From: Phoronis australis
Lineage: Eukaryota > Animalia > Phoronida
Assembly (NCBI GenBank): GCA_002633005.1
Contig: NMRA01000116.1
Location: 218,474-282,473, forward strand
Reading direction: 5' to 3'
Length of the DNA: 64,000 bases
The position numbers were made by a program, and so were the translations under genes. Positions 52,501 to 64,000 of the stretch are shown here, piece after piece. Positions within the stretch are counted from its first letter, which is position 1, and each line of letters opens with the position of its first letter. The notes under the pieces are model-generated. The model had not been told where the DNA came from. It was given only the letters and a program-made list of their open reading frames with translations, and did no database searches.

Positions 52501-53686
52501 GTACATTCCATGTCTGTCTTTACTCTTAAATGTCTACTTGACATACAGTACCGTAGCAGATCTTAATGTTAATATCTTGTCTGTTTCAGCTGTTAGATCT
52601 TTGCATGTTGGATATGGGCTGCCTACAATTCTCCTACAGTGTACTGGCTGCATCAGCACTCTACCATATGTCTTCACAGCACATTGCACTACAAGTCTCA
52701 GGTAGGCCCTGCATCATGTATGGTGATTTCTTGGAAAGACTTGCCAAACTTGCAAGATTCTAGCTTTGGGAAACACAGCCCAGGACTTGATGTAATGAAC
52801 AATAAAACATATTTTTTGTTAAATGTTCTGCTTAGTGTAAGGTCTTCTTATTCAGTTAACGTACATAAGAGGATTTGATGCTAAAAACAATCCTGTGTAA
52901 AATTTGCATGTATTGCCCAGTATAATGACTTGGTCAGAATAAAGATGCACTATTATTTACTAGCTTCGTACACACTGCTATTACAGGGTTTAGTTGGGTC
53001 GACGTTGCCCCATGTGTCCAGTGGATGTCACCCTTTGCTGTCACCATCCGTGAGGAAGGTGCAACAGAACTCAAGTTCTTCCCTCAAGTAAATGGCGACG
53101 ATGCCCACAACATACAGACTCACAGCGTAGATCTACAGATGCTGGTGAGAGCAGAACATTCCATCCTGTCTACTCATTGTCTCCTCTGTTTTATTGTAAA
53201 AAGCACTACCCAGTTGACATATTACGAAATGACCGTTGGAGTTCAGTCCATAATTTTGAAGCAACTAAGAACACACAGTCAGTCAGAAATGTAAATTCAT
53301 GGCTCAACCAGGAATGCTTCAGACCAGGAACAAACGTTTTCATATCATGTAAGGATAACAGCCCTTTTTCATGATATTGAAAAAGCTTGCCTGGAACTGC
53401 AGCACTTAAATGTATTGCAGTGGTGATATCTATGATTAAGCTCCAATTCAAGAACAGGTGCTGATGTGCGTATACAATAAATTTGATATTTTGGTTTCTG
53501 GTTTTTGGAAAGAGTTTTACGACACTAGATCCTTTTACATTTTTCTAGGAAAAGGCACAGTTGCGGCAAGCTGAGGTTCTGTCGTCTCGCTCCAGCCCTG
53601 AGATGTTGAACCAGAGAACTGTAGAAATGCTAACACCGCCATCTAGCAGCAGGAAGAAGGAAGAGGTCTCAGGGTCCGCTAATTGA
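43533..53686 (+). CDS. CCNE: G1/S-specific cyclin E, 419 aa, 11 coding exons
   Basis: Exons 43533-43546, 45754-45832, 45939-45992, 47302-47420, 47853-48048, 49683-49829, 50900-50995, 51837-51983, 52590-52701, 52987-53144 and 53549-53686 (1260 nt, all GT-AG). Motifs: [58 protein letters not shown] and the FBXW7 degron MLTPPSS. Confidence 0.97.
44527..44934 (+). mobile_element. Palindromic Penelope-like (PLE) pLTR insertion with 13-bp TSD
   Basis: Arms 44526-44703 and 44722-44898 (~177 bp), 18-nt loop, 36-nt 3' tail. The direct repeat catagttaggtgt lies at 44514-44526 and 44935-44947. Contains a hammerhead motif and an AATAAA. Confidence 0.8.
44733..44770 (+). ncRNA. Minimal type I hammerhead ribozyme (U3-A8 variant)
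   Basis: cac-TTGAGAA-T-GAAACgagtatGTTTC-GAA-ATAT-C-gtg: stem I cac/gtg, 5-bp stem II, palindromic loop III, predicted cleavage after C44767. A degenerate antisense copy lies at 44655-44692. Confidence 0.7.
45624..45699 (-). pseudogene. tRNA-derived SINE head or tRNA pseudogene
   Basis: B box GGTTCGAGTCCC and a weak A box on the minus strand. The anticodon and acceptor stems do not pair cleanly. Confidence 0.45.
46100..46342 (-). mobile_element. Second palindromic PLE-like insertion with 12-bp TSD
   Basis: Arms 46179-46247 and 46275-46343 (69 bp) and an ~80-nt tail on the left. The direct repeat tgcacactgatt lies at 46088-46099 and 46343-46354. Confidence 0.75.
46217..46254 (-). ncRNA. Minimal type I hammerhead ribozyme (U3-A8 variant)
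   Basis: Minus strand reads ctg-TTGACAA-G-GGAcgttactacaTTC-GAA-AATT-T-cag: stem I ctg/cag, stem II, palindromic AATT loop III. Cleavage triplet UUU. Confidence 0.55.
48237..48729. mobile_element. hAT-like MITE in cyclin E intron (repeated across the gap at 48878)
   Basis: TIRs caggcctttat/ataaaggcctg; 8-bp flanks attgacaa/attcacaa (7 of 8 match). Confidence 0.7.
51245..51437. repeat. 49-bp minisatellite, 4 copies
   Basis: aagcccaagtaatgtccctcgcatagacccatacactg recurs at 51252, 51301, 51350 and 51399. The flanks resemble the repeat at ~34700-35070 in reverse. Confidence 0.9.
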
Positions 53687-55241
53687 ATAGAATTTATTCT
53701 CTTTAACTCGGTTTCATTTACATTATGTAGAATCAGTCAATTATTTTAACTTTGCAATTCGCTTGATGTTGTCGCTCAACTTTAAGTAAAAGTAACTGCA
53801 ATGTTTCCTGCTGTTGTGTGTTGTACTTTGGTTGAACGTCTAGCAATTACCTTGGCTTGAGTGTGACTTGACATTTCTAGTTTAGTAACAAGTTTTTAGC
53901 AAGTCCTACCATAATGTCATTTTGGAGTTGTAGCCGATTTTCATTATGTCAGCTGAACGTTAATGTATTTAGTTGCCGTCTGTGACGCAGGTTTATTTAA
54001 TGTTCTTGAGGAACACTGTCACCGAATGTTCTGATATTATATTTATTTAATTATTTCGTAGGTTTACTTTGGTATGATCAATACCTAGTCTTTCAAAGTG
54101 TAGCCATGTCTGTGTTTTGCTGTGAGTAATGCTGTGGTATGAAGAACTGACCATTTGTGTAACGCTTAAGAGCGGTGAAACCAGGTCAGTTCTCACTGTG
54201 AGGGTTCAACTATAGAATTAGGGGTCACGTTAAGTGTTCTGTTAGAATATGAATATGTGACCTTGACCCTTGTAAAAGGGAAACTGTGTCATAACTTATT
54301 AAATGTGACTGTCCAATATTACATGGCTTGTTCTGCCATTCAAGAGCAATGTTTGCATATTGACAGGACTTTGTTGACTTTCTTAACGACTCGTGCAAGA
54401 AATTGTGTTTGATCCATTGCAGGTCACAATTTCCACTGCACTGACTCTGTGTGTTCTTTGGGACAGGGTTGGTGATTTTTGTGTTCACTTACTTAGCGTT
54501 GATATTTTTACAAATATACCTCACACCTCCAGAGAAACGATACTACAAAAGCATGGATGTATTTGGTTAACAAGCCCTCAATCAGTTGCACTTGACATAG
54601 TATTTAATTAAAAGATTGCTCGAAGTGTAGAGTCAAGTGAAAAATCATTTTGGTGGGTGATTTTGGTGTTGTATAGTTTCACTGGAGATGTTAAGTTATA
54701 CTATGGTAATAACGTGTTGTATGGTTTGGTTGTCATGGAGACTGTAAGCAAATGGTATGTAAAAGACTTGTTAAATGCCATCTCATGTTAGCAATATGGT
54801 GTACACCATTTTACAATATTAATCTGTTCAGATCATTCCCTTTTTACAAATCAATTGGTCTGTAATTTTAATGTTAGGTTGTGTTCATTTCAATTATAAC
54901 ATCATTTGAAATACTTTACGCATTTTAGATGACAGTCATCACATAGCATTTGACTCTGTTTATCAGAAATGTGATTTTTGTTTTTTGAAAAATCTTAACC
55001 AGTCTATGTAAATAGTTTGGATGTGATCCAAGGAAGCTAGGGAAGGCAGCTTTCCATTATTTAAATGTATTTCAAACGGTCAATCTTAAAATGAAATTTT
55101 TTAGATTGTGTGTTTCAACTGATAGTAAACTGCTTTGACAAGACTGTACAAGATGAAACATACATTTATTTCTATGAAAAACTCATTGTTACATAATGTT
55201 GACTGGTGAATTTTACTGATGTAATTTAGATTTTTATGGCA

Positions 55242-55247
55242 AATAAA
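55242..55247 (+). terminator. Probable cyclin E polyadenylation signal
   Basis: AATAAA at the end of a ~1.55-kb U-rich region after the stop codon, followed by GT/T-rich sequence. Confidence 0.5.
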
Positions 55248-56377
55248 TTGTTTATTTAAAAGATCTAGTCATGTTTTTAATGAAATTTGTTTCAGCCTGG
55301 GTCTGCTTCCCAACTTTATTAAAAGTTATGTTTTTGTAGGCTCTCCAGGAGTTAAACAATGGGTCAAAAGATCACTATAGTATGTTTTCTATTCTATCAT
55401 CAAACACAATTCACAGTATTACATGTTTCCCATGAATATATTAGATACAAATTTGACTTCCATCATTTAGTACATCAGTATGTCCCAAGATAGCCTGGGC
55501 ACATGCGTGCGCCCAGCCTAAAAAATGGCTCGAATTTTTGAGGATATGGACCTTTTACTAAAAAAAGAGGTTCACAGACATGAATTGTGCATTTGCCAAA
55601 TTTAAGTAGTTCCTGCCTTTTTAGTGGATTTTTGTCTAGTTTTCTTTTTTAAAGTTTTTGTTTCTCTGAGGCGGACCTTTTGGCCCACTTAGCCAAATCG
55701 AGGGGGCTCATTCGAGCCCCACTGGGTGCGTGCATGAGGCAGCTTCAGGGTTGGTGAAAGACTAGTCTGTATCATTAAAAGGATACTAATCCTGTTTTGA
55801 TGATTTCAGACAATCCTCGTACTATCCCCTAATGCATCATGGCCACCCTTCTCAAGTGGTAAAGCAGAATTCAACTAAAGACTGTATAACAGATTTGATA
55901 TCATTCTTGGCAAGTAGATCAAACTTGCCTGTTCAGCAAGGCCTTTCAAATTCTGCACCAAACTTATGTTTCAGAAAACTGGATGGTAAAGTTGTTTTTT
56001 AAAACCTATTGGTATCCTTTTAACATCATTTACACTAACAACCAATGAAAATGAATGAGTTTTCTCCCCTGTACCATTTTGTGTTGGGTGATAGAAATAA
56101 AGTTGAACTTAAAGGCGAAGGCAACCTTTTTCCATGTCATTTTGAGCTAAAATAAGGTTGGTTGGTTATCCTAGACATATTTTCCACTTAATTACAGTTT
56201 TTCGTAATTTTATTAATTACTCGTCCACTACTCCGGAAGTGACGTTTTAGGAGGCAAGCATTTCGCGCCAATTTCTTTTCATATAGTCTGACTGTGAGAG
56301 CAGCCGAGTCGGTCATTGTACTACCTCGGTTGTGTTAAGTTCCGTCATCCTTTGATTTCATTTATTAGTCAGTCAAC

Positions 56378-57385
56378 ATGCCACACTGTTGCTGCGTACC
56401 AGGATGTACTAATTATCGGCTCACGCGCGCTTTGGGAGTACCTTTGCATCGCTTTCCGATGGATGACACACTTCGCCGTACTTGGCTCGTTCGTGTGAAG
56501 AACGTGGCGTTACCCGTCCACGCAATGTACAAAGCAGTGGAGAATTACCGTTTGTGTGGCAAGCACTTTCTGCCGTCCGATTACGAAAGGAATTTGTACG
56601 CTGAACTGATGAAGGTCCCTGCGAAACAACGTCTGAAGAAGGATGCCATTCCGTCTGTGTTGATTCCCGGCAGTGCCCCGTCGCCACCCCCGAGAAGTGC
56701 GTTTTTGAAGCGAGAAGCCTCGCGAGCTGTGGCCAGTACAGTGACTGGAGCCAGTGGAGGCACTTCATCTACTGTCACCCGTGCCTCCGAACGTACCCCA
56801 GAGCGTGCAATTCCTGGAACCAGTAGTGATTCGCCCTGTGCTGTTTTCTCCAGCCCAGAGCCTCTAAGCAGCCCTGCAGCGATATTGAGTAGTGGGAGTG
56901 ATTACAGGCTCAGTTCGACACCCAGTGAAGAGGACAGTTCGTCGTCCAGTGAACAGATCGGTGAGCCAAACTTTGATAAGTTTATTGTGGACTTGTCTAA
57001 AGTGTTGGAGCTATTTAGAAGGTGCCAGGTGTGTGGCGAGGGAGTCACACGACACGATGTAAGCAGTTTGGGTGCTCAGGTCACCATCCAGTGGGAGTGT
57101 GTCGCGGGACACTCTGGCAAGTGGGACAGTTGTTCCTCTGTCCGTGGTATGCCGGAGGTCCACTTAACCATGTCCAGTAGTGGCTTGGCCTCGTCGAACT
57201 CTGAACAGCACAAGCATTCCATTGAGGTAGGCATAACAACGCACACAGTGCATTTGCACCAAGATGTGTCACTACGTCTGTCCTCAGTAGCCGCCTCGTT
57301 TCTCTCAACAGCTGCCTGTGCCTGTGCGTACTCTGCCTCGTTATACTCGGGCTCAAACATGTACCCACCCACTGAATGTCCGTGA
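56378..57385 (+). CDS. THAP-domain N-terminus of a Kolobok transposase, truncated near 57165 and reading on into antisense KolX
   Basis: THAP signature CCVPGC...LHRFP...W...LCGKHF...LKKDAIPSV, then CQVC...WECVAGH...WDS. No DDE catalytic region. Confidence 0.85.
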   Translation: MPHCCCVPGCTNYRLTRALGVPLHRFPMDDTLRRTWLVRVKNVALPVHAMYKAVENYRLCGKHFLPSDYERNLYAELMKVPAKQRLKKDAIPSVLIPGSAPSPPPRSAFLKREASRAVASTVTGASGGTSSTVTRASERTPERAIPGTSSDSPCAVFSSPEPLSSPAAILSSGSDYRLSSTPSEEDSSSSSEQIGEPNFDKFIVDLSKVLELFRRCQVCGEGVTRHDVSSLGAQVTIQWECVAGHSGKWDSCSSVRGMPEVHLTMSSSGLASSNSEQHKHSIEVGITTHTVHLHQDVSLRLSSVAASFLSTAACACAYSASLYSGSNMYPPTECP

Positions 57386-57471
57386 AAAAATTCCTCGTCA
57401 CCACTGCTGTGAACAAGGTCTCCGTCACTCACACTACTGTCACTGTGATACGGGTCACCGACTCCAGCCAT
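57076..57471 (-). CDS. Truncated KolX-like protein with a P2X7 C-terminal-like Cys-rich zinc motif
   Basis: ATG at 57471, acidic N-terminus, YMFEP and WCKCTVCVVMPTSMECLCCSE. Truncated at the same deletion junction. Confidence 0.8.
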   Translation of the reverse strand: MAGVGDPYHSDSSVSDGDLVHSSGDEEFFHGHSVGGYMFEPEYNEAEYAQAQAAVERNEAATEDRRSDTSWCKCTVCVVMPTSMECLCCSEFDEAKPLLDMVKWTSGIPRTEEQLSHLPECPATHSHWMVT

Positions 57472-58412
57472 TTTCAGCTTACAACACACTAAACAATCCC
57501 CATTGTAGTTGAGTTCTCTACTAACCTATCTTGCCGCAGTATACTCGCCGATGGAAAGTGGTGGCGACAATTGTTGAAAAACAGCACAAAACAAAAGTAG
57601 AATAGAACAGATTCGCAAGGTAAAGTCAACGCAAAACCAAGTGGCGGGAAACGCTTGCCTCCTAAAACGTCACTTCCGGAGTAGCGGACGAGTAATTAAT
57701 AAAATTACGAAAAGCTGTAATTAAGTGGAAAATATGTCTAGGATAACCAACCAAGCTTATTTTAGCTCAAAATGACATGGAAAAAGGTTGCCTTCGCCTT
57801 TAAGGAACTACTGGTGGACCAATGCAGCTGTTCGTGCGTGCAATTCTACATTGTTCTCAATTCACCGACTACTGCATCAGAATTCTGTGTCAGTTTGTCT
57901 TGTAGTCTCAAGTGGAAAAGATTTGCTGACCGTCACCACTGGCAAAATTGTTGCTGACCATGTGAATCAATTAATTTTTGAAAAGTCGAGCAACAACTGT
58001 GTTGTTTGTCACATATTAATAAGATCCTTTAATTCACGTTTACAACACGATTTTTGAGAAATTCCGTAGTCTGCGTATTTCGTTCAAACAAGCAGTGGTT
58101 AATAAAGAATAAAACCAGACAATTTAGCACAGTACTGTAAGTTGTATATTCAACAATAGAAACTAACAAAAGTTTGATTTAGCTGCATATAAGACAACCA
58201 GTAAATCAACGGTCCATGTTTCCTCACCCTAAGTGACTGGATAAAAAAATGGGTACTCAGTTGCACAGACGCTTTATCTTTACAGTTCTCTAAAATTTCT
58301 TTAGACTCAGTTGTAACCCTATGACCAGACTTTAGCACATCGTGCATTATGTACTTCAAGACCATGTTTATTTACGAATATTGCGGAGAGTTATCTCCCT
58401 CATCACACTCTG

Positions 58413-61400
58413 CTACCTATTTGCAGATTGCCTCTGTTTAAACTTAGACACCCGCTTTGGTTGTGATGGCTCTACATTGACTGGAGTTAAGTCACTTGTA
58501 TTCCTCTCGACAATGTTTCCTGAGAATGCCTGGAATGAAAGCAACAGATCCGTGTTAAAGTTGCAGATACGTAACTATATGTAAGCAACAGATCCGTGTT
58601 AAAGTTGCAGATACGTTACTATACGTAAGCGTGCGCTATGATCAGTACTTTCAGAATACGCAATTTTTAATAGAAAAAACAACTAATATTTGATTGAAAT
58701 TAAATTCATCAGAAATCCTTAGGGCTGTTCCAGCAAAATCCGTATGGGAGGGGGAGACGGCAATTGAAATAAAAATTAATGAGTGGTAATCTTCTGAAAG
58801 AAATTTTAATTATGGGTGGGGTTTTTTGTACAGTAAATGTTGACAGGAGGGTATTTTCAGCCAAACACCAGCCTTAATACTCTCTAAAACCAATCAAAAC
58901 TCACAAAGAATCCATTTGGCAGATATCCAAAAATATGAAAAAATGACACAACAAGCCAATGTTGCTACCCGCTGGTTCCCTGCGTGCCGCTAGGTAGTCG
59001 GTAGCCAGCACTTAATTTTCCTCAAGAAATTTTTTACACCGGCATTTCTGATTGGCTGGTCAAATTCTGAACAGGCAGCGCTTTACGCAAACAAACTGGC
59101 ATGACTGATGGAGCAAATGTAAATGTGGTATGTTGTACAGACAAATTGGAGCTTAAAATTCATGTTCAGGAAATCTGAATCCCAGAAATTATGGTTGCGC
59201 CTTTTCAGAGTGCATCTTTCTACAGTCGATGGCTTTTGTTTACGATGCTGTCCTGCATTTATACAGAATGAATAACACCAATGACACCCGAGGTTACATC
59301 AACCAATGCTAAAGCGCGTGCCACTGCGTGATACATGCGTGCTGGCTAGGCACGTAAGAAACCAGCGAGATGTTGCTAGTGCTCAGAGTGCAATATGTAA
59401 TGCCATTACTCAAGTCATGGGCACCTTAATCCCAGGTGTATGTTATACGGCAGCCATATTACAATGAAACTTACTGCAACACTAAACTGGTGTTAAGACA
59501 TCTAAGAATTTTGATGGGTCACCTGGTGGCTGCCTACAGTATAGCTCACAGGTGTCTTTGAAAAGCAAGTTTTTGGTAACTGACATGAGTTGTGATCTCA
59601 AATGGAATTTTTGTGCTCCCACAAAACTTTGTGGTTGGTTCCTCTGTCATTTTCATTTCTTGTCCATCAATTGTTTTAAGAACTGCTTGGCGGATTATGT
59701 ATAGAGGTACTTGGCGGGGATGTGCCAGCATCAGTCGATTTTCAGACCGATTTGGCTACCGTGGTACCCGATGTTGGCCGCTTTATTTTTCGACAAGCCA
59801 TTCCTTGTGCGTTAATTATTTCAAAAACTGATAGACAGATCACGATGAAATTTAAAACCGAAATGTAGGGCAAGAACGTGCCGGCATCAGTCTATTTTTG
59901 GACGGATTCAACCACTGTGGCACCCCTTGTTAGTTTTCCACTGCTCAAGTCATTGGTTGCCCATTCATGGCATAAAGATAGATAGCTGGTATGCACCACT
60001 ACAAGTCGATTTTCAGACAGATTTGGCTACCGCAGCACCCCCTGTAGGCCATTTTAGTTTTTGACAAGACAGTTTGATTATATCAAAAACAACATTTTAT
60101 ATTTCAACCTAACTAAAAATTATGGGTTGTGGGTTGAAGAAATTAAATAAAAATATGGGCTGTGGGTAAGAAATGAAAGTGTCTTCCCCCCCTCCCATAC
60201 ATTTTTTACAGGAACAGCCCTTACATGTTTTGATGTACAAACAGTTTTACACGTATGGTAAATGAATGGGTGTGTAATCGGGGCCAAAAAAAGTGGACTT
60301 ATGCAAACTGACAAGTCATGTGATAGCGAGTAAAGCAAAGTTGCTTATACATGTATTCACAGTAGCATGCATGTGCACACGCACGTGCATGCGCACACAC
60401 ACAAGCACACACACACCAGTTCATTATATGTGTTCACAGTCACAATGTACACACGCACACACAATACACACACACACTTACACATACACAGTCACACTGT
60501 ACAGACAGTTGTATAATATATACATCAACACTTACTGCCTGAGATCCTGCCACTACCACACGTTCTCTAATATGCTCTGGCTGAGGTTCTTCCACATGCA
60601 CTTGGTTTGTTGGTTTTAGAATGGATGTTGGTTTATAGAACTGCTGATAGATGTCTCTGGGACTGTTGATGGTCGTAACAGCATCCCCTGCTGAGGACTC
60701 TTTAGTCTACAGGTGGCAAAAATACTTCCTCAGATGCAATTCAGAAGTTATACATTAAAAATCATGTCAAGTTTATAATCCATCATTATAAAGTCTACCC
60801 AGGCACTATTATGATCTGAACTATGATTTCTCAACAAAATATTCTACAAAATTAGTAACATTATTATAATAGTACAACTATCACTATGTAAAGTAGTCAG
60901 GTTTTGAAAAACAAAAAACCGCCAGTTTTGGAAATTCATTTCACAGAGGAATTATCAAGTGAGACTCAAGCAGTACCTTTTCTTCTTCACGCGGAGAGTG
61001 ACGGAAAATGATCTTTTTGCAAATATCACTTTTTTCCTCCTCAGAAGAAGAGTCCTGCTCAGAATTTTCTTCGTCACCTGTGTCGTTACTTTTAGCACAA
61101 GTTTCTTTGCCATCAACTTTATCATTCCAGCTCACTGATTTACGTAGTTGACCATCCTTCTGTAGCTCGTCTATTGTTGACGAAGTGTTGACTGTTTGAT
61201 CTGAGTTGGGTGAAAGCTGCTCATCCAATCTGGAAATTTTAAACACAAACTTTCCAATACACTTTATCGGCTAAACTTGACCAGGCTTGGTCAAATTTAA
61301 TAGTACGTCATATTATTTATTGTTTTTATCCAAGCTTAATTTCCTGCTCTTTTACTGCTGGGTTAGCTGGTAAAAGACTATGTAACACCGCTGCTTGTAT

Positions 61401-63958
61401 TTGGGGATAAGTGAAATTCTCCACAGAGATGAGACTTTAACTTGAATCCGTAGATGAAAGTGACAATACCTGAGAATACTCATAGTATGGCTCAAGCTAA
61501 AACAACTACTAACAGCTCTACTGACACAACACGATGAGTACAGGGCATTTCCAATAAAGCGTCCATCACCAGACAGTGCACACAGGTGCATTTTGGGAAC
61601 AAAAACCAATTGGTGACGCGTAGAATGCAGTTCTCTAAAAATGTTCATCATTACCTTTTTCTTCATCATGTGGTCCTTAAAAGTGCCATTTTGCGCATCA
61701 GTTGGCAATTTTAGGTTTACAAATAATGCTCAGTTTGTTTAATGGCACTGAATAAAAATTGAATCATACTGATATTTCTAACTCCTGGGCATATTTTCAG
61801 CATTTTAAAGTCACCAGACAAGATCAAATGCACATTGTTGATACCATTTTGAAAGATGGTGACTACCACTTCTGAAGCTATTTGAAAGCAATAGTTCATC
61901 TCTCCTAGATGCAGGTACTAAGTTCGTAAGACTGTAGCCCAATGGGGTCATGGTCTTAGTGACAATGAAAAGTCATCTAGTTTCCAGTTACACCTGATTA
62001 ATTGTTTCCCTGCATAATGCTTTCAACAGACCACGACACATAACATGCAAAATGCCTTACTTAGCCATTTCGTGTCCTAGCCTCTCCTGCAAGGCTAGTT
62101 CATCCAACTTGGCCCAGACATCTTCATTGCTGCATGTGCCACTGCTCAGTTTCTGTTTGGCAACTTCCTGTTGATGCTTTCTTACATTTTTCTTGTGTTG
62201 CTCTAAAAACAGAAAACCAAAGCACATAAGCAGCGACACTTTATGGGGATCATGCAATTTGGGGAACAAATGCCAGAAAAATTGCAACATACTTGAGGAA
62301 GACACCAAGGCAAAACAATGTGCTTCAAATAAAGAAAATTGGGCATTAAATTCATCTAGACTATCTAGCTAATTGGAACCATGATACAAAATATGAATCT
62401 TTTTATATTTAGCCTATTTTTAAATAAAAAGTTTTTGACTAATTGGGCATCTAATGTAAAACTTATGTCACCACACAAATGAACACCTTCATTGTTACAC
62501 TACTAATTGGTAACAACTTATTATCAAGAGCCAGGAACAACCCAAGTATAACTATCCTTATCAATACAACTACAATGCTTGGTATGTCAGCATTCACTTA
62601 GTTTACCTCTCCATGCTTTTTCTTTTTCAGGAATATATTCTTCTGTAATTTCAAACACTCCGCCTCTGGACTGCAAAAACAGTATTAAGAGGAAATTAGT
62701 AAAATATCACGATTGGTTAAAATTGACAATGCAGCACTTTACATTTCGTATTGCACACGCTTTTCATGATTTTTAGCAGTTATCAATAGCAAGACATAAC
62801 TATAATATGAATATTCCCTTTAAGAATTTTTTAACTGAACAGAAGCAGAAAGTGTATCTTTATGTAGGCCTTTTGACCTCTGGGTCAAATGGCCAGAGAT
62901 AAAATGTACATCAGTCCTGTTAGCTGGTAATGTACACAAGACTCTGTAGCATGGAGAATGGACCAATAATAATGTAATACCCAGTTTTCTTTGGAAACAG
63001 ATGTAGAAGCCAGCCAATTCAAAATTTAATCTTGTGTCTCAGCAAGTTCCATTTATATAAGCAACGTCTCAAGGGTAAACCTCCAAATTTAATTGTATTA
63101 ACAAAAGAAATTAACAGTTATTACTCCAGTGAAAAACATATTTATTCAAAAAATTTACAAATGGAAAAATTTACAAACAAGTGGTCACAAATGCATAATT
63201 TGATAGCAATGTAAGGATATTTTATCATTCCAAAATACTCTCCCCCCTCCTTTTTTTTCAGAGCCTTATACTACTATATTGTCTTGTATGTTTTTGTTTT
63301 CTTTTGTTAAATCTATTTCAAAATCCGGTTCACGTATATTTTTAACTTAGTAAACTTTATTTTCATTGAATTGTAAAGTAAGGCAAGGGAATCCCAGACC
63401 TTTGTCCTTACTTATGTTGAACTGGGAGAATAAAAAAAAAAAAATAATAATAATGTAATACCTCAGCAACATCCTTCAATTCAGAGGTGAACCCTATCCT
63501 CGACTCCAGTAGGTCCTTCTCAGATGACAAGTCCTTGAGGGTACTGTTGATACCTGAAATGTACCATGATACAGTAATGTACTTTACAAGCAAACATCTT
63601 ACCATTCTCAAACGAATGCATGCAGTAGATATCTTATGGCTGACAAGACTGTCTTAAAATACACAACACTTTTGTCCCATTTTTGTTCATCAGCAATGAA
63701 AATCAGGACCGTAAAATGCAAAAAAAACACATAAAGACAACACAAAGAGAATTTATTCACAGCATTAAATCAGAAAAACATAAGAAACTGATTTCTCTTC
63801 ACCAATACTGGGTATGACTTACCTTCTATCCGTCTATCTACTATTTCACAAGCCTGTTTAGTAGCTCTTTCAGTGAACCAATTATCACCTAAAAGCACCA
63901 ATACACGATTGGTATCCACAAGCTTTCCTGGCATAAATGCAAGACTGCCAAATGGGAC
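58413..63958 (-). CDS. URI1: Unconventional prefoldin RPB5 interactor URI1, 3' portion (5' exons outside the window)
   Basis: Exons 63958-63823 (VPFGSLAFMPGKLVDTNRVLVLLGDNWF), 63553-63462, 62670-62607, 62202-62061, 61229-60977 (acidic, KSVSW), 60706-60536 (INSPRDIY...PTSILK) and 58529-58413 (AFSGNIVER...PKRVSKFKQRQ URI box). All phase-consistent. Confidence 0.95.
58722..60220. mobile_element. Non-autonomous PIF/Harbinger-like element in the last URI1 intron
   Basis: TIRs gggctgttcc...gtatgggagggg and cccctcccatac...ggaacagccc, with TTA on both flanks. Contains nested repeat fragments. Confidence 0.7.
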
Positions 63959-64000
63959 CTGTAAAAGAGTCCATGTTTATTTAATCATGGACCATTCTAC

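Larger units (their letters stand above)
56113..57799. mobile_element. Internally deleted Kolobok DNA transposon (1687 bp)
   Basis: TTAA at 56109-56112 and 57800-57803; AG...CT termini; 158-bp TIRs (56113-56270 and 57642-57799, 5 mismatches); convergent THAP-transposase and KolX ORFs. Confidence 0.9.

Noticed and set aside
57076-57489. Host P2X7 receptor or THAP transcription factor gene
   Set aside because: Both ORFs are intronless, truncated and enclosed by TIRs with TTAA duplications, so they are transposon-encoded.
56113-57799. piggyBac or P-element classification
   Set aside because: TTAA fits piggyBac, but the termini are AG..CT rather than CC..GG. THAP plus a convergent KolX-type ORF fits Kolobok. 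P elements make 8-bp TSDs.

Overview
AT-rich, intron-containing animal genomic DNA, probably from a marine invertebrate; the taxon cannot be fixed from the sequence. Manual splicing recovers seven host genes. In order: the first coding exon of an MFSD10-like transporter (-), a trunk/PTTH-like cystine-knot hormone gene (-) with one exon probably lost in an assembly gap, C19orf12 (-), TP53INP/DOR (+), a BtpA/SgcQ-family gene (-), cyclin E (+) and the 3' part of URI1 (-). C19orf12/TP53INP and BtpA/cyclin E are head-to-head pairs. The order C19orf12-TP53INP-CCNE-URI1 merges the neighbourhoods of human CCNE1 (19q12) and CCNE2 (8q22), which suggests a preserved pre-duplication bilaterian block. Mobile DNA includes an internally deleted Kolobok transposon (TTAA TSD, 158-bp TIRs, THAP ORF plus antisense KolX/P2X7-like ORF), a CR1/L2-type LINE 3' end, a Helentron/DINE-like repeat and several MITEs. 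Two unrelated palindromic, TSD-flanked inserts in cyclin E introns each carry a minimal U3-A8-variant hammerhead ribozyme of the Penelope-like type. Three tandem duplications around single 'n' bases look like assembly artefacts. All calls come from reading the sequence; no searches were run.
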